Source of the DNA: a virus
Lineage: Duplodnaviria; Caudoviricetes
Virus record (IMG/VR): IMGVR_UViG_3300005934_000002
Coordinates: 20,783-84,782 of that record
DNA: 64,000 nt
Direction: 5' to 3' (one strand)
The notes beneath the pieces were generated by a model. It saw only the letters and a program-made list of their open reading frames with translations. It searched no databases and was not told the origin of the DNA. A program made the position numbers and the translations under genes. Positions 49,003 to 57,508 of this stretch are shown here, piece by piece. Position 1 is the stretch's first letter; every line of letters begins with the position of its first letter.

Positions 49003-50297
49003 ACCATAGATAACCAAGCCGCACCATCCCAGAAAACTGGATAAGGTGTTACACCTACTGATGCCGCTGGATCCCAATTTACTTTATCTGCAACAGCAAT
49101 CATACCAATGACTGGTGTCACCGGTGCCGCTGTTTGTGGTTCTAAAGTAAGTATACCGTTTACGTCAACAGTTGATCTTGCATCTGCTCTATTAACACCA
49201 AGTTGACCAGCACTATCAAAGATCATACCTTTAATATCTGGAGTAGTGTTAGTTCCTGCGTTGGTAAAGAATTCAATTTGTCCTGGTGCTTTGTCATCTG
49301 CAATAGAACCAGTTGGATCAGTTCTAAATGAAATACCAGATGAAAGAACTTTAGTTCCGCTATTAAAGTCTGGATCATATGCAGTTGCTACTAAGGATGA
49401 AAGATAGTAACCTGCTGTAACTTTTACTTCGTTACCACTGCCTGGGAAACCACCAAAGTAACCATTAAATGCCATACCTGATACTTGAGCATCAGTTGCA
49501 CCGTTTAATCCGTTAACTCTAATAGCACTGTTATAGTCTTGGTTCCAAACTTGTAAAACTGTGCTTGTTGGTTCTGTTGCATTACTAACATTGAATAATG
49601 CAGTTGTTGAAACTACTGAATCATCTTCAATGTTTACAACACCGTTGTTTAATAAAACTTTAGAGTTTACACCATCAACAAGTAGTGTTGAATCGTCACC
49701 AAATACCGAACCTGTTACATCAGCAGTAATTGAATTAATAGCACTGCTTGATAAATTAATATCGCCTGGCTTCCAAACACCGTTTGCATTATCCCATAAT
49801 AGATATTGTCCATCAACAGGAGCATTTAGTCCTGTTGTACTTACGTCACCTATTACATCAATACTCTTGCCGCCGATTACTGCATCAAAATCAAATGAAT
49901 CAAAGTTTTCATCACCAACAACCCAACCGCCTACAGTAGCATCTGGATTAACTAATGCCGCATCGTATTTTAGAATTTTTCCTGTAACAACGCCTGTTGT
50001 ATCTACGTTGTTAAGATCTTGAAGGTCTTGCACAACTGATAAAGTTTGTGCTTCCCACTGACTGTTTGGAGTTGACCATGTAAGTAATTGGCCGTTTGCT
50101 GGAGCAATTGAAGAATCTACATCAGTTAAATTACTAATGCTTAGGTCTGGATTAATTTGAACGCCACCTGTAGTAACGCCGTCTCCAACCCATAGTTTAC
50201 CTGTATCCGTAACAAAAATAGGCTCACCCAATGCTGGGTTAGTACCAGTTAAGGCCGCTCTTTCCGCCTCTGTTCCTCTTCTAATTTTAAGTGCCAT
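48999..50297 (-). CDS. Tail-fibre-like virion protein (432 aa)
   Basis: N-terminal LKIRRGT...GEP..VTDT.KL.VGDG attachment module, L-x-D/N-L-x-D/N-V repeats; late motif upstream. Confidence 0.7.
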   Translation of the reverse strand: MALKIRRGTEAERAALTGTNPALGEPIFVTDTGKLWVGDGVTTGGVQINPDLSISNLTDVDSSIAPANGQLLTWSTPNSQWEAQTLSVVQDLQDLNNVDTTGVVTGKILKYDAALVNPDATVGGWVVGDENFDSFDFDAVIGGKSIDVIGDVSTTGLNAPVDGQYLLWDNANGVWKPGDINLSSSAINSITADVTGSVFGDDSTLLVDGVNSKVLLNNGVVNIEDDSVVSTTALFNVSNATEPTSTVLQVWNQDYNSAIRVNGLNGATDAQVSGMAFNGYFGGFPGSGNEVKVTAGYYLSSLVATAYDPDFNSGTKVLSSGISFRTDPTGSIADDKAPGQIEFFTNAGTNTTPDIKGMIFDSAGQLGVNRADARSTVDVNGILTLEPQTAAPVTPVIGMIAVADKVNWDPAASVGVTPYPVFWDGAAWLSMV

Positions 50298-50327
50298 ACT
50301 TACAAACTCCTAAAGTCTTTATGCTAT

Positions 50328-50339
50328 ATGTATTTATGC
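50328..50339 (-). promoter_or_regulatory. Putative late promoter (GCATAAATACAT)
   Basis: Identical 12-mer to 14751-14762. Confidence 0.6.
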
Positions 50340-50365
50340 TTTCCGACTTCTTTTAATAATATACA

Positions 50366-50683
50366 TTATTTACGTATTTTAGCGTTTTTAAACACCTTTT
50401 GCGTACCCTTCTGTATATCTTGTTTAAGTTTACGACTGTCAATTGCAAAGTCTACAGCCTTAATTTGTGGGCCATATTGTTCAAATAGATCGCGTATTTC
50501 CTTCTCAAAGTTTGTAGGAGAGATATTTGGAGTACAGTCTATAATCCATTTTTTCCTGTTCTTAAACGTAACATCAATATGCTGAAGGTATTCAAGGGGT
50601 ACAGTTTTAACATCTATATCCTTGAATACTTCAGGCCAATGTCTGATAACGTCTTCAGGAAGTTTTAATTTCCTGGCCCCCAT
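50366..50683 (-). CDS. Hypothetical protein (105 aa)
   Basis: Clean ORF in the minus-strand run. Confidence 0.6.
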   Translation of the reverse strand: MGARKLKLPEDVIRHWPEVFKDIDVKTVPLEYLQHIDVTFKNRKKWIIDCTPNISPTNFEKEIRDLFEQYGPQIKAVDFAIDSRKLKQDIQKGTQKVFKNAKIRK

Positions 50684-50688
50684 CTAAG

Positions 50689-51294
50689 TTAAGCCTTAAC
50701 GGTCTTTTTCTTAGTAGGTACAAGTTCCTCTGCTTGACGTCTTAACTGCGCCGCTTCTTTACTTAATCTATCTGCTTGAGAGCGATATGATTTAGCAAGG
50801 TCTTCATCTGAAAGTACAGCGCCATCTGTAGAAGCCGCTACTGGTTCATTTGAAGGAGCAGTTGCGTCACCTGTTGGTACTGCTTGAGCAGTTGCTACTT
50901 GTTGAGTATCATCTTTAATTGCAAGATCCTCAATAGAAACACCTTTTTGCTCTGCAATAATTTTATTCAGTTCGTCTAACTGAAGAGTAGTGTTATTATC
51001 AGGAGTCATAATAACTTCTGATGTTGCAACTTTAGTTAGTTTTCCTTGGTTGTGAAAACGTGCTAACATTACACTACCGTCTGACAGACGTGTACGAGCC
51101 ATTGCTTCTGCTAACTCATTTGCTGATTGTCCTGCAGGTGATTCTACCATCTGCATCAATACATCATGATCTGCATCAGTTAAATTTTCAGTTGAAACTA
51201 CTAATGCACTATGAGCATCTCCAGGAAGAGTTCTGTACGCAACAGCAACTTTTCTTTTATTAGATTTTAGTCTACCAATATGTTTAATAGCCAT
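50689..51294 (-). CDS. Hypothetical protein (201 aa), coiled-coil C-terminus
   Basis: Clean ORF, TAATG-coupled to the upstream gene. Confidence 0.65.
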   Translation of the reverse strand: MAIKHIGRLKSNKRKVAVAYRTLPGDAHSALVVSTENLTDADHDVLMQMVESPAGQSANELAEAMARTRLSDGSVMLARFHNQGKLTKVATSEVIMTPDNNTTLQLDELNKIIAEQKGVSIEDLAIKDDTQQVATAQAVPTGDATAPSNEPVAASTDGAVLSDEDLAKSYRSQADRLSKEAAQLRRQAEELVPTKKKTVKA

Positions 51295-51620
51295 TATTTT
51301 GTCTCCGGTGTAGGCTCACCTGTTAATGCCGCTGAAGCGTCAGCACCACTTACAGGAGCCGAAGCAGGAGCAGTTGTTTCTGCTTCTTTTGCTTTTGCGG
51401 CGTCAGCCTGTTGTTTTTGAACTTGCTGTAAAAAAGTATCTAACTTATTATAAGTTGTTCCTACAGCCGCCAATTCATTGGCTTTGAATGCGCCACGTTG
51501 AGTAGCAACATCAATAACAGTTCTAAGAGTATTTAGATCTTGAACAGTTAACTCAACTGAACCACCTTGTGCTGGTGCACCTGCGGCAGGAGCAGTTGGT
51601 TGTGTATTTGTATCAGACAT
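51294..51620 (-). CDS. Hypothetical Ala/Pro/Thr-rich protein (108 aa)
   Basis: AGGAG RBS; ATAAGTA/TTAAGTA motifs upstream at 51654-51668. Confidence 0.65.
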   Translation of the reverse strand: MSDTNTQPTAPAAGAPAQGGSVELTVQDLNTLRTVIDVATQRGAFKANELAAVGTTYNKLDTFLQQVQKQQADAAKAKEAETTAPASAPVSGADASAALTGEPTPETK

Positions 51621-51664
51621 ATGTCGTTCTCCTTGTTAATTTAGTAATATGCATACTTAATTAC

Positions 51665-51940
51665 TTATTTGTATTTTAAAAGTGGACACGCCAAAGCGAA
51701 ATATGAAAGTTCTTTTGGATTCTCAAAACCGATACGTACTTTATTTTGGATAGTATTATTATTGTCTACACCAACAGTTCTACCAATATAATATCTACTT
51801 TTACAGTTATTTTCAATCCATGTAATAATGGCTTTATCCAAATTATAACCTTGGTTCACTTCCATGTATTGTAAGTGTGGTCCAGGATACTCTAATCTTC
51901 GTATCCCAAAAAAGTTAAGCGGATTTGGTTTCATTTTCAT
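51665..51940 (-). CDS. Hypothetical protein
   Basis: ATG 51940 or 51934 more plausible than the track start 51958. Confidence 0.55.
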   Translation of the reverse strand: MKMKPNPLNFFGIRRLEYPGPHLQYMEVNQGYNLDKAIITWIENNCKSRYYIGRTVGVDNNNTIQNKVRIGFENPKELSYFALACPLLKYK

Positions 51941-53183
51941 AGTGAGTTGTAATCCCAAATGGTGCTTCTAAGTTTTTGTTATGATTACTGTGTATTACAA
52001 AAATAGTATCACAGTAATTTTCGTCACCCCAACTATCCCAAGTATAACCATCTGTAAACATAATAAACTTCTTAGGAACAATATCATGTTCTTTCATATA
52101 ATTCCAGTTACACATGAAATCAGTACCGCCACCGCCTTGTACTTCGTAAGATGTTAAATCATCATTTGCGGCATCAAAATCTGCTTCGTTATAAACTTCA
52201 GTATCAAAACACCATATTTTAATTTTGTAATCTTGGTACTGGTCCATAATACCTTGCACTTCTGATAAGAAGATTTGTGCCTGTTCGTTTCCAATCGAAC
52301 CGCTCATATCAATAGCAATGCAGATATCAATTGTTTCTTCAAAGTTCATACCAGGAAGAATAGCACCAGTGTGCCAACCTTTACGTGCAGGACGACTAAA
52401 AGTAAAATCGTTCTTAATTGTACTTTGAATTTGTTGTGAAAGTAATTGTCTCCAATCCATTTTAGGTTCAGTCAACTCTTTAATCATTCTTTGAATTTCT
52501 GCAGGTAAATTACCAGCACCAGTTGATTGAGCAGATGAAATCATAGACTCTTTAATTTCATCTCTAATTTTACGTAGTTCGTCTTTAGAATATGATGGCT
52601 TGTTACCTTTACCTTTTGAACCATCTTTACCTCCAGCACTTTCACCGTCTTTATCCCAGTCAATATGTTCGTCAAGCAATTTACCTAATTGCTTTAATTC
52701 TTCTTCATCATATTTTGAATAAATCTCGTCATACACTTCTTCTGAAGTCCAACCATCGTATTTAAAGTCTTGGTAGATAGGAATATCTTTAGGTTTGTCG
52801 CCAATTTTATCTCTAACAAGAATATTGTTTACAATATAGTCAGCGGCAATATTATGCACATTAGGGTCACGTTTTTCTCTACGTGTCATATGGTCATATA
52901 CACAATGAAGTATTTCATGTGCAATAACAAATTCAACTTCTTTGTTAGTCATGTTAGCAAAGAAAGGAACACTATAAAATAAGTTACGACCGTCTGTTGC
53001 GGCAGTAGGACACCAGTCAGTTGCTTCTTGAACTTTAAGACGTGTAGCCATATTGCCAAAGAACGGATGACGCATTAAAAGACCAACACGAGCAACAATG
53101 ATTTTATCTAATACTTCTTTACGAAGTTCATCAGTTACTTCAATATCTGGAGTTTCTACTTTTTCTGTTGTTTGTACTGTCAT
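51915..53183 (-). CDS. VWA-domain protein with N-terminal HExxH metallopeptidase-like domain (DUF2201-like)
   Basis: TAATDG, AHEILH, MIDAS motif IDMSGS, GGGGTDF, FTDG; directly downstream of a MoxR ATPase. Confidence 0.85.
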   Translation of the reverse strand: MTVQTTEKVETPDIEVTDELRKEVLDKIIVARVGLLMRHPFFGNMATRLKVQEATDWCPTAATDGRNLFYSVPFFANMTNKEVEFVIAHEILHCVYDHMTRREKRDPNVHNIAADYIVNNILVRDKIGDKPKDIPIYQDFKYDGWTSEEVYDEIYSKYDEEELKQLGKLLDEHIDWDKDGESAGGKDGSKGKGNKPSYSKDELRKIRDEIKESMISSAQSTGAGNLPAEIQRMIKELTEPKMDWRQLLSQQIQSTIKNDFTFSRPARKGWHTGAILPGMNFEETIDICIAIDMSGSIGNEQAQIFLSEVQGIMDQYQDYKIKIWCFDTEVYNEADFDAANDDLTSYEVQGGGGTDFMCNWNYMKEHDIVPKKFIMFTDGYTWDSWGDENYCDTIFVIHSNHNKNLEAPFGITTHYENETKSA

Positions 53184-53210
53184 GTGCCTAATTCCTTACT
53201 ATATGTTACT

Positions 53211-53239
53211 ATTATATTATATTTAATGATAAATGTCAA
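53211..53239 (-). promoter_or_regulatory. Sigma70-type promoter for the VWA gene
   Basis: Perfect TTGACA (53239-53234) - 17 nt - TATAAT (53216-53211). Confidence 0.85.
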
Positions 53240-53241
53240 CC

Positions 53242-53279
53242 AAAAAAGATTGGGTGGGACACCAAAATGCCCCACCCAA
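53242..53279 (-). terminator. Rho-independent terminator after the MoxR gene
   Basis: 12-bp stem TTGGGTGGGGCA / TGTCCCACCCAA (one G-U), 6-nt loop, followed by TCTTTTTT. Confidence 0.85.
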
Positions 53280-53283
53280 AATG

Positions 53284-54369
53284 TTATGATGCCTGTGCGG
53301 CAGTAACATATTTCCCATAACGTTCATGGAATTCATCAAAACACTCAACTTCGTCTGGATCAATCGGAAGTTCATATTGTGTAAGAGCAAGTTTAATACC
53401 CATTACAACCAATTCAGTGTCAAAATTATCCATTGCAAAACGTAAGAAGTTATTAACTTTATCGTCAAACTTCTTGTCGTTTTTGTCACAGGACTCTTTA
53501 AGTTCATAGCAGAGTGAGACTGTCAAGGAATACATGGCACTGATTTCTTTAGTCTTTAACTCTTTTACCTTACCATCTAAAATTTCCGAAGGATTCGGAA
53601 GTTGTGATGCCATCTTACGATGGGCCATGAACTTCACAGCAAGGCCTTCGCCTACTGCACCACTAACCAAATCGGTAGTGGTATTCTCGTCATCGTCGTC
53701 TTCGAGTAACTCGGAAACAAATGACCAAGAACGAGGTGTTGCAAAAGAACGACTTGGTGACTTAGGATCAAAATCATATAAGTCTTTCTTTGCAAATGTC
53801 AAGTAACCAACAACATCGGTGTGGATTTTGTTTTCAGTTGCCCAAGCAAACCAATCATCAAAATCAACTTTAAGTTCTAAGTGAACAAAACGATTAGCCA
53901 ACGGAGCAGGCATTCTGTATGTAACACCTTTATCGGCGTCACGGTTACCAGCGGCAACAATTAATACGTTGTCTGGCAATACATATTGACCAACCCTACG
54001 GTTAAGGATCAATTGATATGCCGCGGCTTGTACAGCCGGTGCCGCAGAATTCATTTCATCAAGAAACAAAATAATCTTTTTATGTTTCTTTGCCATTTCA
54101 GCAGTAGGAAGTTCTGCTGGAGGTGCCCATTTCATGCAGTTATCATTAGCCGCATAATACGGAATACCTTTAATGTCTGTCGGTTCCCATAATGATAAAC
54201 GAACGTCAATTACAAGTGCGTCTAACTGTTCACCAATTTGGTGAATAATATCTGACTTACCAATACCTGGTGCACCCCAAATAAAAATTGGACGTTGTTT
54301 GTTGAATGCTCGAAGAATGCTCTTCTTTGCGTTGTTTGGACTAATAGTCCGAGTTGCGATGTTTTCCAT
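53284..54369 (-). CDS. MoxR-type AAA+ ATPase
   Basis: Walker A GAPGIGKS, Walker B LFLDEMN, AAGNR, arginine finger ANRF. Confidence 0.9.
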   Translation of the reverse strand: MENIATRTISPNNAKKSILRAFNKQRPIFIWGAPGIGKSDIIHQIGEQLDALVIDVRLSLWEPTDIKGIPYYAANDNCMKWAPPAELPTAEMAKKHKKIILFLDEMNSAAPAVQAAAYQLILNRRVGQYVLPDNVLIVAAGNRDADKGVTYRMPAPLANRFVHLELKVDFDDWFAWATENKIHTDVVGYLTFAKKDLYDFDPKSPSRSFATPRSWSFVSELLEDDDDENTTTDLVSGAVGEGLAVKFMAHRKMASQLPNPSEILDGKVKELKTKEISAMYSLTVSLCYELKESCDKNDKKFDDKVNNFLRFAMDNFDTELVVMGIKLALTQYELPIDPDEVECFDEFHERYGKYVTAAQAS

Positions 54370-54419
54370 GTTGTACTCCTTGTGTTTCAGTGCCTTACTT
54401 AATTTCTAAGTATGTATAT

Positions 54420-54448
54420 ATAATACACTCACTATACCAAAAGGTCAA
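54420..54448 (-). promoter_or_regulatory. Sigma70-type promoter for the MoxR gene
   Basis: TTGACC (54448-54443) - 17 nt - TATTAT (54425-54420); AGGAG RBS downstream. Confidence 0.7.
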
Positions 54449-54500
54449 GTCTTTTTTTAATATTTTTTTGGATTTTGGTTAAACTAAAAAGTCAATAAAA

Positions 54501-54896
54501 TCAAGGAGTTAATTCTTCGTCGGCTCTTTTTAGTGCTTTTGTTAAGCCATATTTTTTAACATCACCGCTAAAAAGATGTAGTTCGAGTGCTTTCTTTTCG
54601 TCAAATACTATAATCATATTCCGTGTTAGGTAATAAGGACAGGTAATAAAACGATCTAACCAAATTACAGTATTAGTTGTGAGTTCAAAATCGGGCGGAA
54701 ATGGTACTTCGTAATATTGTAAATCTACTTTATCTGAAACAAATAAAAATCCAGCATCAGTTAAACGCAAACCACCAGTTTGTTTTACTCTTGTATTCTG
54801 CCACCATTCTGACAGATACTGTTTCATGGTTGCTTCTGTTATACTAATGTTTGCTTGTTTAAGAAAGATTTTTGTGTATGTTTCTTTCCAGTTCAC
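54501..54896 (-). CDS. Hypothetical protein (131 aa)
   Basis: Clean ORF, GTGA-coupled. Confidence 0.6.
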   Translation of the reverse strand: MNWKETYTKIFLKQANISITEATMKQYLSEWWQNTRVKQTGGLRLTDAGFLFVSDKVDLQYYEVPFPPDFELTTNTVIWLDRFITCPYYLTRNMIIVFDEKKALELHLFSGDVKKYGLTKALKRADEELTP

Positions 54897-55321
54897 TTTA
54901 CCTTGCCTTCGCGTAACAGTTTTTCTCTGTTAGCCATATGCTTCATTTGAATTTCTTCTTTGCTTCCACCAAAGTATGCTACAGCATGACCTTCAGCAAC
55001 CATTATATCAGTTAATTGCTCTCCGTCAAATAAAAAGTCACCTAAGATTCTACCAAACTTACCTTTTTTGTCTTCGCCTGATTTATCTACTTGTGTTTTT
55101 AAAACTTGAATACTTCCGATAGGCATTTTGTCTTTAACAAAAGCCTTTGCCGCTAATCCGAATTTCTTTTCGACTTTATCACGTGTTCTCGATTCCGGAG
55201 TATCAATCCCCATCATTCGAACTCGTTCTTTTCTTAGCCAAACTCCAAAACCTAAATCAATATCAACGTCTACTGTATCGCCATCGACTACACGTAAAAT
55301 TTTACATTTGTATTCGTACAT
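54893..55321 (-). CDS. Staphylococcal nuclease (thermonuclease)-like protein
   Basis: RVVDGDT...RVRMMGIDTPE...KFGRILG. Confidence 0.85.
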   Translation of the reverse strand: MYEYKCKILRVVDGDTVDVDIDLGFGVWLRKERVRMMGIDTPESRTRDKVEKKFGLAAKAFVKDKMPIGSIQVLKTQVDKSGEDKKGKFGRILGDFLFDGEQLTDIMVAEGHAVAYFGGSKEEIQMKHMANREKLLREGKVK

Positions 55322-55322
55322 C

Positions 55323-55613
55323 TTATCCCTCTTTTACTATTTCGCCCTTGTCTAATTTAACAACATTAAATTCAGTGCTATTGAATAACGTGTTTAATTT
55401 TTTAGCAAGATTGTGTGCGTGTCCTGGATTTGAAAAAGATACTTTCTTGTACTTTGGTCCAGGGAAACTTGATAGTGAATTTTGAGTTTTTAAGTTAAAT
55501 GGCTTCCCTTGATAGAATACTGCCCATATGGCTTCTGCCGCAAGGATTTGATCAGACTTGTAAGTCTTTTTATCAATGTATTCTAACAATACTTTAGGTT
55601 TAGGTCTGCTCAT
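55323..55613 (-). CDS. Hypothetical basic protein (96 aa)
   Basis: GAGG RBS; own late motif and a start-codon-occluding inverted repeat upstream. Confidence 0.65.
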   Translation of the reverse strand: MSRPKPKVLLEYIDKKTYKSDQILAAEAIWAVFYQGKPFNLKTQNSLSSFPGPKYKKVSFSNPGHAHNLAKKLNTLFNSTEFNVVKLDKGEIVKEG

Positions 55614-55651
55614 ATATACGTTTCCTCATAATAAACTACGTATATATTTAT
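55612..55651 (-). promoter_or_regulatory. Late motif ATAAATA overlapping a 10-bp inverted repeat that covers the start codon of 55323-55613
   Basis: 55612-55621 ATATATACGT and 55638-55647 ACGTATATAT are perfect reverse complements; ATAAATA at 55651-55645. Confidence 0.55.
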
Positions 55652-55653
55652 CT

Positions 55654-56271
55654 TTATTTCTCGGTAATAGTTATATTAAAAGCAGTTGTGATTCGCGGTT
55701 CTTCGCTATGTTGTATAGGAATACTATGGTTTAAATAGGGTGCAAAAAAGATCATATCGCCTTCTTTTACGTCTATTTGCATTACTTCTTTAGGGTATTT
55801 TGCAGGTAGTTTATCTGCAATAGGTGTTGGTTGTGTACTTCTTATTCCGTCTGCTGACGGGTTATAAAATATAGTAGGTGCGTGTAATTTAGGATCATAT
55901 TTAATATAGTGTACTGCACACACTTGTATTGTACGAGGACTTGAAAGATGGTTATGTATTTCTCCCCAACCACCTTTTCCGGTTACATTATACCAAGCAT
56001 CAACGCCTATTACCCAATCATTATTATCGATATCGTAACCGTAAAATTTTAAAAATTTACTAATTGTTTCTTCGTACTTTGGTAATATATCGTCCCAGTC
56101 TATTGGACGAGCACCTGGAAAGAAATCACTATAAACATTACAAAAGTTACAGTTAGGTCCTTTTTCTTTAAATTCTTTTTCTATTGAGTGGGTAAAAAAT
56201 GTTTTAATTTGTTCGTGATTAGCAACTTCTGTTTTGTAAATATCTGTTTTAAAAAGAGTTTCAATTTGCAT
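55654..56271 (-). CDS. Putative Fe(II)/2OG oxygenase (HxH type)
   Basis: EIHNH...AVHYI...GDMIFFAPYLNH...RITTAFN. Confidence 0.75.
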   Translation of the reverse strand: MQIETLFKTDIYKTEVANHEQIKTFFTHSIEKEFKEKGPNCNFCNVYSDFFPGARPIDWDDILPKYEETISKFLKFYGYDIDNNDWVIGVDAWYNVTGKGGWGEIHNHLSSPRTIQVCAVHYIKYDPKLHAPTIFYNPSADGIRSTQPTPIADKLPAKYPKEVMQIDVKEGDMIFFAPYLNHSIPIQHSEEPRITTAFNITITEK

Positions 56272-56522
56272 TATTCTTTAAAACCGCCACCGTCCATTTC
56301 AACGGTAACTACTTCTTGTTCTGCCTTAACTGCGTTTTCTTTTACAAATTTTTCTAAGTCGCCATGTAATCTTGCACTTACTTGACCTAATGTTAATGCA
56401 AGATTTTTTGCTTGTTGAATAGTAAGTTTTACTTCTTTTGCCTGAGATGAATCAGCAGTTTTTACCTGCTGAATAAATGTTTCAATTGGCGATGTATTAA
56501 TCGGCTCTTTTGTCATCTGCAT
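56271..56522 (-). CDS. Hypothetical protein (83 aa)
   Basis: Clean ORF, TAATG-coupled. Confidence 0.55.
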   Translation of the reverse strand: MQMTKEPINTSPIETFIQQVKTADSSQAKEVKLTIQQAKNLALTLGQVSARLHGDLEKFVKENAVKAEQEVVTVEMDGGGFKE

Positions 56523-56982
56523 TTGCCTTACTTAATTCTTGTCGCATTGTTAATTCGTCTTTAAAAGGACCTTTTGAAATATAACCATCAATAGTAACAA
56601 GTTTAGGACAAAAACTTCTTACCCAGCCTTTTTCAAATCTAATAATATAGTATCCTGCACAGTATAATGATTTAGATTTTTTGCTTTTTGTAAACAGTGG
56701 AAGTTTACGTTTTACATCATACATACTGTTATGTGGAGTACAAGATGTTTTAAAACCATGAACTTCTTTATCAGCAGTTACAGTTTGAGCATCTTTAATG
56801 CCCCATTCGATGTCAACATCTTTTGTTAATTGTTTTTCGTTCTCGTAAAATTTTGTATGTGTGTTACAACAGTACATATAGGTTTTATCTTCTTGTTTAG
56901 ATAAAGTTCCGATACGTTCACCGTCTTCTTCAACAATCCAAAACTTTCCTGCTACGATTGGGTTTGCTTTAATTCTCGTCAT
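56497..56982 (-). CDS. Hypothetical protein (161 aa)
   Basis: GGAGG RBS; clean ORF. Confidence 0.65.
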   Translation of the reverse strand: MTRIKANPIVAGKFWIVEEDGERIGTLSKQEDKTYMYCCNTHTKFYENEKQLTKDVDIEWGIKDAQTVTADKEVHGFKTSCTPHNSMYDVKRKLPLFTKSKKSKSLYCAGYYIIRFEKGWVRSFCPKLVTIDGYISKGPFKDELTMRQELSKANADDKRAD

Positions 56983-57508
56983 TTAATCCTCCAAAAGTTT
57001 CAGTGTTTACAACTTTAGCATCTAACTCTCTATTAGAGGCTAACGCCGCATATAATCTCGTTCGGCCGTCAATTACGTATTGACCGCTTTTTAATTCTAA
57101 AATCAAAGGTGGACGACAAGTCCTGTTTTCAATTGCTTCAAGAATTGGCTCTAAAGGAAACTCTCTTTCTCTATAGTCGCGTTTGTCACGCTTCTGCATT
57201 TCCTGTATAAACATTTCTCTATACCCTTCTTTTCCGCTTACTTCTTTTAGTGCTTGTAAAGTATACGGATCTTCCGGCATATTGTCTAAGTTATTTAACC
57301 CTAATATTTGTTGGATTGTTAGATTTTGGACAGGTAAATTCTCTAATATTTTACCCATTCTTTTAGCGGCATCTTCTCTATACCACTCATCTGATGGCAG
57401 TCCTCTACCTAAATTTAATGGTAAATTGCCTACAAACTCTTTAACATTAGGCTCTGGACAACCAATCAATTCATATGCATCTAAAAAGTTTTCGTCCATA
57501 AGTTGCAT
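56969..57508 (-). CDS. ParB/Srx-like domain protein
   Basis: PPLIL...YVIDGRTRLYAA resembles the ParB N-terminal DG-x2-R motif. Confidence 0.55.
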   Translation of the reverse strand: MQLMDENFLDAYELIGCPEPNVKEFVGNLPLNLGRGLPSDEWYREDAAKRMGKILENLPVQNLTIQQILGLNNLDNMPEDPYTLQALKEVSGKEGYREMFIQEMQKRDKRDYREREFPLEPILEAIENRTCRPPLILELKSGQYVIDGRTRLYAALASNRELDAKVVNTETFGGLNDEN

